The notes under the pieces were generated by a model. That model was not told where the DNA came from. It worked only from the letters and a program-made list of their open reading frames with translations, and searched no databases. DNA of 64,000 bases from positions 48,794,001-48,858,000 of the forward strand of contig OZ076413.1 of NCBI GenBank assembly GCA_964187785.1, written 5' to 3'. The position numbers were made by a program, and so were the translations under genes. This DNA comes from Amphiscolops sp. MND2022. Its lineage: Eukaryota. Positions 46,662 to 59,580 of the stretch are shown one piece after another; positions within the stretch are counted from its first letter, which is position 1; each line of letters opens with the position of its first letter.

Positions 46662-47577
46662 CTCCCCGCTTTTGAGAAGAGGGAATGTCCCGGGGTAGTT
46701 GGAATGTTTCAGGTGGTGATGACGAGACGGCGGCTTGAAACTGAAGAAAGACGAATCTACCAAATACAACCAAGCGAAGCCTACACAGATGCCCAAAAAA
46801 AGAAAAGTTACATATGACATAAAGAAAGAAAGCGAGAAGCCTCAAATGGAGGGAAAGAGAAAAAACGGAGCAAGAAATGTTTCCTGCATGAATGTTTCCT
46901 GCATGTTTCCTGTTATTCATGAAAAGAATGAAAAGTAAAAAGGCCAGTTACAAAAGGGGGCCAGTGAATCAGAAAAGTTGGCTTATTGACACAAGCAAAA
47001 GCCAGGCAATAACAGCATGTGGTTATTTGTACCGGATGGTCAACAAGGCGGCACGTGTCGACGTGCGCACTACGTAAATTGTTTATTTGGGGTGCAAGAT
47101 AAAGAAGTGATTTTACTAAATGAGACTTGTGCGGATCGAGCGGCACAAAAAGAGCAGAGAGCGGTAAACAATATAATAATCGATATATGCGGGTGCATAA
47201 AGAAGTGGGTATTCGTCCACTTAATGAGCAAAGAACAAAATATGGAAAGTATACAAGTAAAAGTAGCAGCAATCTCCAAGGCGAAAAGTGTACAGTAAAA
47301 GCAAATATGGATGATGGCAGCAACTGACTGTGACTCAGCCAGCTACTCAAGAAACTTGTGGCGCAGATTTCCAATTATGGAACGTTGGAGGGGTACAAAA
47401 ATGTACTTGATGAGTGAGGCACACAAAGTTTCTGATCCTTAAAAGGAAGGGGAAGTGACCTTTACAGGAAAGGTCCTTACAAGGCCGTTTCTTCAGTGTA
47501 TGAAGAGCAACGTTGGCGAGAGGGGGGAGGAGCGGTGAGAAAGCAGCACTCACGCCAGGGAAAGGTTTCGTCGCCAT

Positions 47578-48071
47578 TCAATGATTTATGAAATTGAGAT
47601 GGGACATGAAAAGTAGGCTGAAGCTGGATTTTATGTGTTTGTTTATTGTCTTTGTCTTTAAAACATGAGTAAAGGGCATGAATTTACGGAGTTTATGGTA
47701 GCGGTGAAACAAGTACATAAAAAGCAAATGCAAAAGCTTTGATATTATAAAGCTACCAAGTCCAATGAAAAATGTCATCTTTAGTGTGGAAGTTTGTGCA
47801 AGGCGTTCTTGGAATGGCTGTTTCAGTTCAATCATTCTCAGTGCTATCGGTTCCGCAATTTTACGAAGGGCGTCTGGTGATTGGGCATGAAGCAAAGAAA
47901 AGGAAAGGACGAAAAGTCCAAGACAGATGATGTGTTTGTGAAAGTACTGTTCTCAATTTGTAATGATGGAATATATACATGTGAGAAGTTCAAACAATTG
48001 GATCGGATGTTTGGTGTTCGTGTAGAGAGCATATAGAATTGTCGTTTAAGGCAAAATAGTGGCGTGTGCAA
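47578..48071 (-). pseudogene. Env-like C-terminal remnant with TM segment (duplicated at 50818-51311)
   Basis: MTFFIGLGSFIISKLLHLLFMYLF hydrophobic segment followed by a basic tail, lying between protease and the 3' LTR. Confidence 0.45.
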
Positions 48072-48719
48072 TGAAAATATGAACTTTCGAAAGATTCAAT
48101 TTGTGACCAAGTCAACGTGTCGGTGTGCTAGCAAGAAATGACCATAAAGAGTCAATCAATTATATTCGTGATCACAAATAATTTGCGCAAGAAAAGTCAG
48201 CCAAAATTGGTGATGGAATGATCAATAGGCGGTGCACTTCGGATTTGTAATATTTAAACCGGATGGTGATGCATACCATGGTCAAAGAAGCAAGTGAGGT
48301 GTTTTTGAGAAAATCATTCGTTTGAAAAACTTTTGTTCTAAGGTAGTTTGCTATTTTTTTGCTCGTCAATTTTATTTCTTCGTTTGATCGTAAACATCTA
48401 CTACTGTCACAGAACATCTAAAGTAAGTCAAGTCTAATGTTGTATTCGAGTCTTTTAGGGTCAAAAAATGAATTGCCCGTCGGCAAAGTTTGAAGAAGGA
48501 AACTTGTTGCTTCGCGTCAAATTTTACAATGGCACTGGTTACACAAAGACCAGTCTGTTTTTCAAACCGTGGGTTAGGTTCCACGATTGCTACTGTTCCT
48601 TCAGGAAAGGAATCTGTAGAAAGTACATTGGATAATTTCGGACGTATTCGGTTTGATAGAGTTTGAGCAGCATGTTAGAAAAGATTTTTCGTAGTAGTTG
48701 GTGAACTGATTTTGCCATC

Positions 48720-50387
48720 TTATTGAACCCGTTCAGTTAGTTGTATGGTCATGTTTGGCAATTTTAGAGTTCGGGTTTTCGGATGAATCAGAATATCGTG
48801 TTTTTCAAAAAACGGAAAACCTAAAATGGTCTGATTCATTGTTTCCATAAGAATGAAAGTTTCGGTAAAAGTCTCATTCGCTATTTTGAAAGAGGCTTCA
48901 AAAGTGCCATGTGTGGTTATAGATGCACAGGTGGCCACTTTTACTGTTGAAGGCTGAGGTTTATAGTTGGTTATACTTTTTGGACATAAACGTTGAAGTT
49001 TGTTAAAAATAGAAAGAGGCATGGCGCTTGAGAAAGCACCAGTATCTATAAGGGCTTTAACTGGAAAAGAAAAGTGGAGTGGTACAGAAAATGAAGTGCG
49101 AGGCTTGGAAGATAGAACGTTAATGAAGTTAAAAGGAGTACAGTTAGGAATAATAGGTATATTAGAAGTATGGGCATTGTGTGGCTTACCTAGTTGTTTT
49201 GATAGATGTTCGACTGGTTGCCATCATTTTGTGGTGTCCATGATTGTGGCATTTGGTTGATGGATGTCATCTGGGTTTGTTGTTGCTGGAACTGCTGTGT
49301 GGGCACAAACTAGGCGTTGGAAAATTGGTTGTATGGCAAGGCTGGTACATAGGTTGGTTTTGGGCGAAACCAACATTGTGAGATGAGATGGCCCAATTTA
49401 CTGCAGTAGTTGCGATACTTTTGTCCAGATTGGGCAAAGTGTGGGTTGTTATTGTTAATATGCCAATTTTTTCCACGTGGTTGCCAATTTGGGTTTCGGG
49501 GTCGGAAGTTTTGATGGTTGTTATTGTTTTTCCAATTTTGCTGATTATTTTTCCAAATTTGCTGATTATTATTTTGTTTGCTGATTGTTTTCTCGAGGGC
49601 CAAAGTTTTTGTTCCAGTTCTGACGATTTTTGTTGTTGTTATTGTTATTATTGTTGTTGTTGTTTTTGGTAGCTGCAAGTTGATTGATTGTAGGTTGAAG
49701 TGTTTTATTCAACTCTTGAAGTTCTGTTGAGAGTTTTCCGGTTTCTTCTTTCAGTGTGTCCTGTGCTTTGGACAACTCGTGTATGCCAGTCAGTAGTTGT
49801 TTTGTTGAAAAGTTACTGACCTTTTTAAATGCTGTATCGTCGTCCTCAGGGTAGAGGCGGTCAACGATAAGACGGCTGGAAACCTTGGTGCAGAGTTCAT
49901 CTATTGCCATATCTTCGGGTTGGGTCATTAGGAAACGCTTCATCTTGATGTGCATTGATCTGCGAGTTCGCTCTTGAGCACGGTTTTCAGCATTTACTGC
50001 AGGTCTTCCTCCTCCTGCAGCTCGGGCTTGAATGTCCGGGTACGCTTCGAGTGCCAGTCTTTGCAGCTCAGTGAGAAAGTCTTGCGGACTTTCGTCAGAG
50101 ACTTTCATTTTGCGTGAATTGAATAGAATTTTTTGCATTTGTATTCTCTGATCGTTTTGGTAATGATTTCGTAGGGCAGCTACGGCGGCATCGTAGTCGT
50201 TTCGCACAGCAGCTTCTTGTTGGTCAAAGAAGGTTAAGGCACCTCCTTTAAGATGAAGGTGTAAGTATCGATGACGTTGATAATTAGAAATGCCTGCTAC
50301 TTGGGTGCAACTCTCGAGTTGGCGAAGAAATTCGTTTTCAGTTCCCTTGAAGGGTTGAAGATTTACAAAAGGTTGTATGGCAGCCAT
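48720..50387 (-). pseudogene. Gag and aspartic protease (duplicated at 51961-53628; gag again at 56560-57640)
   Basis: FKGTENEFLRQLES...LHLKGGALTFF; Asn/Gln-rich tract; degenerate knuckle; DTG motif at ~49040. Confidence 0.85.
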
Positions 50388-53300
50388 ATTTGTAGAATTT
50401 GATAGTAGATTTTAGAAAGAAAATTTTATTGTGAAGATTTGGTATTTCAAGCGAGTTTTGTTGCAGTCTTGCTGTTTCAGAGAGAAGAGATATGAGCTGG
50501 TGGTGAATGGAAGATTGAAGGTTCTAGCGAGCAAATTTGTGGAGAATAAATCCTGTCACCGTGTCAGAGACTGTGGTCGAGCGGCTATTATAATTTAGTT
50601 TTAGAGACATTTCAGTTTTTAAGGAACTTGTTTTATTCGAATGTACTTGATGAGTGAGGCACACAAAGTTTCTGATCCTTAAAAGGAAGGGGAAGTGACA
50701 TTTACAGGAAAGGTCCTCACAAGGCCGTTTCTTCAGTGTATGAAGAGCAACGTTGGCGAGAGGGGGGAGGAGCGGTGAGAAAGCAGCACTCACGCCAGGG
50801 AAAGGTTTCGTCGCCATTCAATGATTTATGAAATTGAGATGGGACATGAAAAGTAGGCTGAAGCTGGATTTTATGTGTTTGTTTATTGTCTTTGTCTTTA
50901 AAACATGAGTAAAGGGCATGAATTTACGGAGTTTATGGTAGCGGTGAAACAAGTACATAAAAAGCAAATGCAAAAGCTTTGATATTATAAAGCTACCAAG
51001 TCCAATGAAAAATGTCATCTTTAGTGTGGAAGTTTCTGCAAGGCGTTCTTGGAATTGCTGTTTCAGTTCAATCATTCTCAGTGCTATCGGTTCCGCAATT
51101 TTACGAAGGGCGTCTGGTGATTGGGCATGAAGCAAAGAAAAGGAAAGGACGAAAAGTCCAAGACAGATGATGTGTTTGTGAAAGTACTGTTCTCAATTTG
51201 TAATGATGGAATATATACATGTGAGAAGTTCAAACAATTGGATCGGATGTTTGGTGTTCGTGTAGAGAGCATATAGAATTGTCGTTTAAGGCAAAATAGT
51301 GGCGTGTGCAATGAAAATATGAACTTTCGAAAGATTCAATTTGTGACCAAGTCAACGTGTCGGTGTGCTAGCAAGAAATGACCATAAAGAGTCAATCAAT
51401 TATATTCGTGATCACAAATAATTTGCGCAAGAAAAGTCAGCCAAAATTGGTGATGGAATGATCAATAGGCGGTGCACTTCGGATTTGTAATATTTAAACC
51501 GGATGGTGATGCATACCATGGTCAAAGAAGCAAGTGAGGTGTTTTTGAGAAAATCATTCGTTTGAAAAACTTTTGTTCTAAGGTAGTTTGCTATTTTTTT
51601 TGCTCGTCAATTTTATTTCTTCGTTTGATCGTAAACATCTACTACTGTCACAGAACATCTAAAGTAAGTCAAGTCTAATGTTGTAATCGAGTCTTTTAGG
51701 GTCAAAAAATGAATTGCCCGTCGGCAAAGTTTGAAGAAGGAAACTTGTTGCTTCGCGTGAAATTTTACAATGGCACTGGTTACACAAAGACCAGTCTGTT
51801 TTTCAAACCGTGGGTTAGGTTCCACGATTGCTACTGTTCCTTCAGGAAAGGAATCTGTAGAAAGTACATTGGATAATTTCGGACGTATTCGGTTTGATAG
51901 AGTTTGAGCAGCATGTTAGAAAAGATTTTTCGTAGTAGTTGGTGAACTGATTTTGCCATCTTATTGAACCCGTTCAGTTAGTTGTATGGTCATGTTTGAC
52001 AATTTTAGAGTTCGGGTTTTCGGATGAATCAGAATATCGTGTTTTTCAAAAAACGGAAAACCTAAAATGGTCTGATTCATTGTTTCCATAAGAATGAAAG
52101 TTTCGGTAAAAGTCTCATTCGCTATTTTGAAAGAGGCTTCAAAAGTGCCATGTGTGGTTATAGATGCACAGGTGGCCACTTTTACTGTTGAAGGCTGAGG
52201 TTTATAGTTGGTTATACTTTTTGGACATAAACGTTGAAGTTTGTTAAAAATAGAAAGAGGCATGGCGCTTGAGAAAGCACCAGTATCTATAAGGGCTTTA
52301 ACTGGAAAAGAAAAGTGGAGTGGTACAGAAAATGAAGTGCGAGGCTTGGAAGATAGAACGTTAATGAAGTTAAAAGGAGTACAGTTAGGAATAATAGGTA
52401 TATTAGAAGTATGGGCATTGTGTGGCTTACCTAGTTGTTTTGATAGATGTTCGACTGGTTGCCATCATTTTGTGGTGTCCATGATTGTGGCATTTGGTTG
52501 ATGGATGTCATCTGGGTTTGTTGTTGCTGGAACTGCTGTGTGGGCACAAACTAGGCGTTGGAAAATTGGTTGTATGGCAAGGCTGGTACATAGGTTGGTT
52601 TTGGGCGAAACCAACATTGTGAGATGAGATGGCCCAATTTACTGCAGTAGTTGCGATACTTTTGTCCAGATTGGGCAAAGTGTGGGTTGTTATTGTTAAT
52701 ATGCCAATTTTTTCCACGTGGTTGCCAATTTGGGTTTCGGGGTCGGAAGTTTTGATGGTTGTTATTGTTTTTCCAATTTTGCTGATTATTTTTCCAAATT
52801 TGCTGATTATTATTTTGTTTGCTGATTGTTTTCTCGAGGGCCAAAGTTTTTGTTCCAGTTCTGACGATTTTTGTTGTTGTTATTGTTATTATTGTTGTTG
52901 TTGTTTTTGGTAGCTGCAAGTTGATTGATTGTAGGTTGAAGTGTTTTATTCAACTCTTGAAGTTCTGTTGAGAGTTTTCCGGTTTCTTCTTTCAGTGTGT
53001 CCTGTGCTTTGGACAACTCGTGTATGCCAGTCAGTAGTTGTTTTGTTGAAAAGTTACTGACCTTTTTAAATGCTGTATCGTCGTCCTCAGGGTAGAGGCG
53101 GTCAACGATAAGACGGCTGGAAACCTTGGTGCAGAGTTCATCTATTGCCATATCTTCGGGTTGGGTCATTAGGAAACGCTTCATCTTGATGTGCATTGAT
53201 CTGCGAGTTCGCTCTTGAGCACGGTTTTCAGCATTTACTGCAGGTCTTCCTCCTCCTGCAGCTCGGGCTTGAATGTCCGGGTACGCTTCGAGTGCCAGTC

Positions 53301-53802
53301 TTTGCAGCTCAGTGAGAAAGTCTTGCGGACTTTCGTCAGAGACTTTCATTTTGCGTGAATTGAATAGAATTTTTTGCATTTGTATTCTCTGATCGTTTTG
53401 GTAATGATTTCGTAGGGCAGCTACGGCGGCATCGTAGTCGTTTCGCACAGCAGCTTCTTGTTGGTCAAAGAAGGTTAAGGCACCTCCTTTAAGATGAAGG
53501 TGTAAGTATCGATGACGTTGATAATTAGAAATGCCTGCTACTTGGGTGCAACTCTCGAGTTGGCGAAGAAATTCGTTTTCAGTTCCCTTGAAGGGTTGAA
53601 GATTTACAAAAGGTTGTATGGCAGCCATATTTGTAGAATTTGATAGTAGATTTTAGAAAGAAAATTTTATTGTGAAGATTTGGTATTTCAAGCGAGTTTT
53701 GTTGCAGTCTTGCTGTTTCAGAGAGAAGAGATATGAGCTGGTGGTGAATGGAAGATTGAAGGTTCTAGCGAGCAAATTTGTGGAGAATAAATCCTGTCAC
53801 CG

Positions 53803-54180
53803 TGTCAGAGACTGTGGTCGAGCGGCTATTATAATTTAGTTTTAGAGACATTTCAGTTTTTAAGGAACTTGTTTTATTCGAATGTTCAGTTGGGTCAATT
53901 CTCCTTTGCTCAACTTTCTAACTTTAGAAAAAATACAATTTGGGTTGAAAGATTAGTTTTATCATGATAAGAAAGAAAGTTATACTGAGATGAGATAATT
54001 TAGCATAGTTGAATCAGTGTAACAAGTTCTCTGTCTCTCTTTCTTCTTGTCCGCTCGTCCACCTTCTTACTTCGTCCAGCGTGTTCGATTGTCATTGGCT
54101 GGCTCTTTTAATTGGCTGTAACCTGTACTTCAACGAAATTTTGTTATTGTAATACAGTTATCCATTACTTTGTCATGACA
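53803..54180 (-). repeat. 5' LTR
   Basis: Followed on the minus strand by the PBS-like site; right flank is the CAGAG TSD. Confidence 0.9.
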
Positions 54181-54874
54181 CAGAGCTTTAGCGTTTCTTT
54201 TGGCGTACTTGAAAGCATGGTCTAGTAGTGCGACATCATATTGCAGTCCCATCTACTTTATGTAATTTTTGGAATCCCAGTTAAGCAGGCTTCAGAAGTA
54301 TACTGTTTGTGATTTTTGCGCTATTTTTGTTGGGCAATCTTATCCAGAGCGAGGTTAGTTATCGGTCGACAGTTCTGGCTTATCAGCTTTCTGCGTCTTT
54401 GAGATCAGAGTCGTGCGTCCACACTTCCATTGTTTTGGAATTTTTCTGGCTATTAGACAAGCATTGAGGACAATTAGTATGTCGCTCTTCGGAATCTGTT
54501 TGAGATTGTTTAGTTTGACGCATCAGAGCCAAGTGCTGTGTTCTTGTTAAACGTATTCCGTTATTTTGTGATCTCTTCAAGCTTTATGGCTTACTCAATG
54601 GACAGATGGCTTTTGGTGTTATGCTTCTTTTCTTACATTTTTCCAGTAGGATTCGAGGTTGTGTGGTTTGTTACTAGCGGAGAACACACTCTGCTCGAAT
54701 TCCTTGTTTATGATTTTATTTTGTCGTAAAAGTTCTTGAATTTCTGAAAAATTTTACTTGTTTTTGAAACTCAAAGAGAAGTTCGATTAAAAAAATTTCT
54801 GAAAAGTCGCATAGTGCTAAAAAGATATCAAAGGGGGCCCTCTGGTCTTTCATCTACTTTTGCAAACTTTAAAA

Positions 54875-54945
54875 ACAATGGGTTAATGCGAGACTTGAAC
54901 CCACGTACTCCTGCTTCTCAGACGGCCTTCACTAAGCCTGGAAAT
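54875..54945 (-). other. Degenerate tRNA-like/SINE-head sequence (duplicated at ~58887-58957)
   Basis: Minus strand GGCTTAGTG...GTACGTGGGTTCAAGTCTC (B-box-like) followed by TTTTT; stems poor. Confidence 0.35.
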
Positions 54946-55568
54946 CTGAATTAACAGTTAGCCAAGTGGCAGTTAGATTGTTCCAAGCTAATTATAGACA
55001 GTTTAATATTAGGCTTATTAAATAGATCGAAGGTGGATTGAGTTTCAACTCGAGGAACTGCAATCCCAGGAAAGTATTACAGTCGCTGTTGAGTGGAGGA
55101 AGCCTCTCGAGACAGCACAAACTAGTGATTTGGCACGACCTCATCAATAACACGGTTATCCCCTTCCGTGATATCCCCCATGCCCTGCTCCTGAACTGCT
55201 TAAGATCCTGAAACCGTACGAGAACCGTATCGCTGCCATAGTGTACATCCGAAGATTCGGTTTTGCCGAAATTCAACGATATCTGCGAAGCAGTGGGATA
55301 GTCGTGATTGACGCTTCCAAGCAACGCTCTGGAACAATAAATCAAAACTCGAGACGTTTGGCCCTGAACAGTTCAGAAATAAAAAAGGAAGCAACCGTCA
55401 CATAAACAGTGTAAAAAGAACCGTGGAAAAGCACTCTCTCTTAATGTAAGCATCTAGTTTAAATTGAGACGTCTAAATCCTTCATGGGCGGGAAGGATCT
55501 TTTGAACTTGAGCTTACTTAGTATGCCTGACACAACAAGAAGTCGAATGGCGTCTGTCAAGTATCTCT

Positions 55569-56538
55569 GTGGCGAATTGCAAGAATGAATGTAAAGATGC
55601 ATGCCTATCATGCACGCATTGCGGTGCTTGGTATCACGCTGGAAACTGTTCTGGAGTACCAAACAACATCTTAACAACTAATAAAATCATCAGCGGATTG
55701 ATTCGGCTCTGTGTACGATGTGAAGTTCAGGCGAAAAAGAAAGTTAGATCTGACTGGACTTCGGATTCGGCTGTCGAGTCGAAAGTTGACGAAATCAAAA
55801 GAAAGATTGCTGCTAATTTGGAATCATTGACGAAGATGTCAGATGCAATCAATGAACAGGTGGAAATTAAACTTGAGTCGATGCGTTCGTGTTTCCAATG
55901 AACTTGGACGAGATACTTGTCAAGCAAAACGAAATCCCGGGTAAATTGAAAGCATCTTGGTCGAAACAACCGAACACCAAACCCAACATCCTGAAACTGG
56001 TAATGAAAGAAACACTGGAGCAACAGGAGAAAGAAAAACATGAGATAAGAAGCAATTTTGGTACTGTTTAGAGTACCTGAAAATAAGAAAACAACCTCGG
56101 AAGGAAGACAGGAGGATGACTTGGCATTTTTCAGCGAATTCTGTTGTGATGGATTCAAACGTGGTGAAGTCCGTGTTAGAACCACAACTAGACTGGGAGA
56201 ACCTGCCGAAAAAGGTAACACCAGCGCGAAGCCTAGACCTCTGAAAAGTTTACTGGAAGACAAGGATGCCAAGGCGAGTATCTTCGGTCATTTGAAAAAT
56301 CTGAAAGGTGCTGACAGTTTCAAAAGCGTTAGTGTTTCGCATGACTACTCCAAAGAAACTCGAGAAATAATGAAAGAAAAGATCAACGCAGCGAAAGAAA
56401 AAGATGGGGAAAACGCGAAAATGTATGTTTATTTCGTAAGAGGACCGCCGTCTCATTTGGAGTTGCAACGGAAGAAAAAAATTAATACAACCGGAGCCTG
56501 AAGGGGGCAATTAATGACTACGTATACTTCAACGAACG
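55569..56538 (+). pseudogene. CR1-like LINE ORF1 (PHD-like, coiled coil, RRM-like); copy truncated by the duplication
   Basis: CKNECKDACLSCTHCGAWYHAGNC...LCVRC; VLFRVPE...RLGEP...PRPLK. Confidence 0.7.
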
Positions 56539-59500
56539 CTGGAACTGCTGTGTGGGCACAAACTAGGCGTTGGAAAATTGGTTGTATGGCAAGGCTGGTA
56601 CATAGGTTGGTTTTGGGCGAAACCAACATTGTGAGATGAGATGGCCCAATTTACTGCAGTAGTTGCGATACTTTTGTCCAGATTGGGCAAAGTGTGGGTT
56701 GTTATTGTTAATATGCCAATTTTTTCCACGTGGTTGCCAATTTGGGTTTCGGGGTCGGAAGTTTTGATGGTTGTTATTGTTTTTCCAATTTTGCTGATTA
56801 TTTTTCCAAATTTGCTGATTATTATTTTATTTGCTGATTGTTTTCTCGAGGGCCAAAGTTTTTGTTCCAGTTCTGACGATTTTTGTTGTTGTTATTGTTA
56901 TTATTGTTGTTGTTGTTTTTGGTAGCTGCAAGTTGATTGATTGTAGGTTGAAGTGTTTTATTCAACTCTTGAAGTTCTGTTGAGAGTTTTCCGGTTTCTT
57001 CTTTCAGTGTGTCCTGTGCTTTGGACAACTCGTGTATGCCAGTCAGTAGTTGTTTTGTTGAAAAGTTACTGACCTTTTTAAATGCTGTATCGTCGTCCTC
57101 AGGGTAGAGGCGGTCAACGATAAGACGGCTGGAAACCTTGGTGCAGAGTTCATCTATTGCCATATCTTCGGGTTGGGTCATTAGGAAACGCTTCATCTTG
57201 ATGTGCATTGATCTGCGAGTTCGCTCGTGAGCACGGTTTTCAGCATTTACTGCAGGTCTTCCTCCTCCTGCAGCTCGGGCTTGAATGTCCGGGTACGCTT
57301 CGAGTGCCAGTCTCTGCAGCTCAGTGAGAAAGTCTTGCGGACTTTCGTCAGAGACTTTCATTTTGCGTGAATTGAATAGAATTTTTTGCATTTGTATTCT
57401 CTGATCGTTTTGGTAATGATTTCGTAGGGCAGCTACGGCGGCATCGTAGTCGTTTCGCACAGCAGCTTCTTGTTGGTCAAAGAAGGTTAAGGCACCTCCT
57501 TTAAGATGAAGGTGTAAGTATCGATGACGTTGATAATTAGAAATGCCTGCTACTTGGGTGCAACTCTCGAGTTGGCGAAGAAATTCGTTTTCAGTTCCCT
57601 TGAAGGGTTGAAGATTTACAAAAGGTTGTATGGCAGCCATATTTGTAGAATTTGATAGTAGATTTTAGAAAGAAAATTTTATTGTGAAGATTTGGTATTT
57701 CAAGCGAGTTTTGTTGCAGTCTTGCTGTTTCAGAGAGAAGAGATATGAGCTGGTGGTGAATGGAAGATTGAAGGTTCTAGCGAGCAAATTTGTGGAGAAT
57801 AAATCCTGTCACCGTGTCAGAGACTGTGGTCGAGCGGCTATTATAATTTAGTTTTAGAGACATTTCAGTTTTTAAGGAACTTGTTTTATTCGAATGTTCA
57901 GTTGGGTCAATTCTCCTTTGCTCAACTTTCTAACTTTAGAAAAAATACAATTTGGGTTGAAAGATTAGTTTTATCATGATAAGAAAGAAAGTTATACTGA
58001 GATGAGATAATTTAGCATAGTTGAATCAGTGTAACAAGTTCTCTGTCTCTCTTTCTTCTTGTCCGCTCGTCCACCTTCTTACTTCGTCCAGCGTGTTCGA
58101 TTGTCATTGGCTGGCTCTTTTAATTGGCTGTAACCTGTACTTCAACGAAATTTTGTTATTGTAATACAGTTATCCATTACTTTGTCATGACACAGAGCTT
58201 TAGCGTTTCTTTTGGCGTACTTGAAAGCATGGTCTAGTAGTGCGACATCATATTGCAGTCCCATCTACTTTATGTAATTTTTGGAATCCCAGTTAAGCAG
58301 GCTTCAGAAGTATACTGTTTGTGATTTTTGCGCTATTTTTGTTGGGCAATCTTATCCAGAGCGAGGTTAGTTATCGGTCGACAGTTCTGGCTTATCAGCT
58401 TTCTGCGTCTTTGAGATCAGAGTCGTGCGTCCACACTTCCATTGTTTTGGAATTTTTCTGGCGATTAGACAAGCATTGAGGACAATTAGTATGTCGCTCT
58501 TCGGAATCTGTTTGAGATTGTTTAGTTTGACGCATCAGAGCCAAGTGCTGTGTTCTTGTTAAACGTATTCCGTTATTTTGTGATCTCTTCAAGCTTTATG
58601 GCTTACTCAATGGACAGATGGCTTTTGGTGTTATGCTTCTTTTCTTACATTTTTCCAGTAGGATTCGAGGTTGTGTGGTTTGTTACTAGCGGAGAACACA
58701 CTCTGCTCGAATTCCTTGTTTATGATTTTATTTTGTCGTAAAAGTTCTTGAATTTCTGAAAAATTTTACTTGTTTTTGAAACTCAAAGAGAAGTTCGATT
58801 AAAAAAATTTCTGAAAAGTCGCATAGTGCTGAAAAGATATCAAAGGGGGCCCTCTGGTCTTTCATCTACTTTTGCAAACTTTAAAAACAATGGGTTAATG
58901 CGAGACTTGAACCCACGTACTCCTGCTTCTCAGACGGCCTTCACTAAGCCTGGAAATCTGAATTAACAGTTAGCCAAGTGGCAGTTAGATTGTTCCAAGC
59001 TAATTATAGACAGTTTAATGTTAGGCTTATTAAATAGATCGAAGGTGGATTGAGTTTCAACTCGAGGAACTGCAATCCCAGGAAAGTATTACAGTCGCTG
59101 TTGAGTGGAGGAAGCCTCTCGAGACAGCACAAACTAGTGATTTGGCACGACCTCATCAATAACACGGTTATCCCCTTCCGTGATATCCCCCATGCCCTGC
59201 TCCTGAACTGCTTAAGATCCTGAAACCGTACGAGAACCGTATCGCTGCCATAGTGTACATCCGAAGATTCGGTTTTGCCGAAATTCAACGATATCTGCGA
59301 AGCAGTGGGATAGTCGTGATTGACGCTTCCAAGCAACGCTCTGGAACAATAAATCAAAACTCGAGACGTTTGGCCCTGAACAGTTCAGAAATAAAAAAGG
59401 AAGCAACCGTCACATAAACAGTGTAAAAAGAACCGTGGAAAAGCACTCTCTCTTAATGTAAGCATCTAGTTTAAATTGAGACGTCTAAATCCTTCATGGG

Positions 59501-59580
59501 CGGGAAGGATCTTTTGAACTTGAGCTTACTTAGTATGCCTGACACAACAAGAAGTCGAATGGCGTCTGTCAAGTATCTCT

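Larger units (their letters stand above)
47400..53885. repeat. Tandem duplication, unit ~3241 bp
   Basis: 47400-50644 recurs at 50640-53885; the junction joins partial LTR to internal sequence through AATGT microhomology. Confidence 0.9.
46284..54180 (-). mobile_element. Gypsy LTR element lacking RT/RH/IN (gag, protease, env-like remnant), with an internal 3241-bp tandem duplication
   Basis: 378-bp LTRs at 46284-46661 and 53803-54180 (TG...CA); 5-bp TSD CAGAG at 46279-46283 and 54181-54185; PPT AAAAGCGGGGAG; PBS-like CGGTGACAGGA; gag; ALIDTGAFS protease. Confidence 0.9.

Noticed and set aside
49388-49678. Cys-rich/hydrophobic 94-aa plus-strand ORF (also 52629 and 56641)
   Set aside because: Antisense reading of the (AAC/AAT)n Asn-rich tract of gag.
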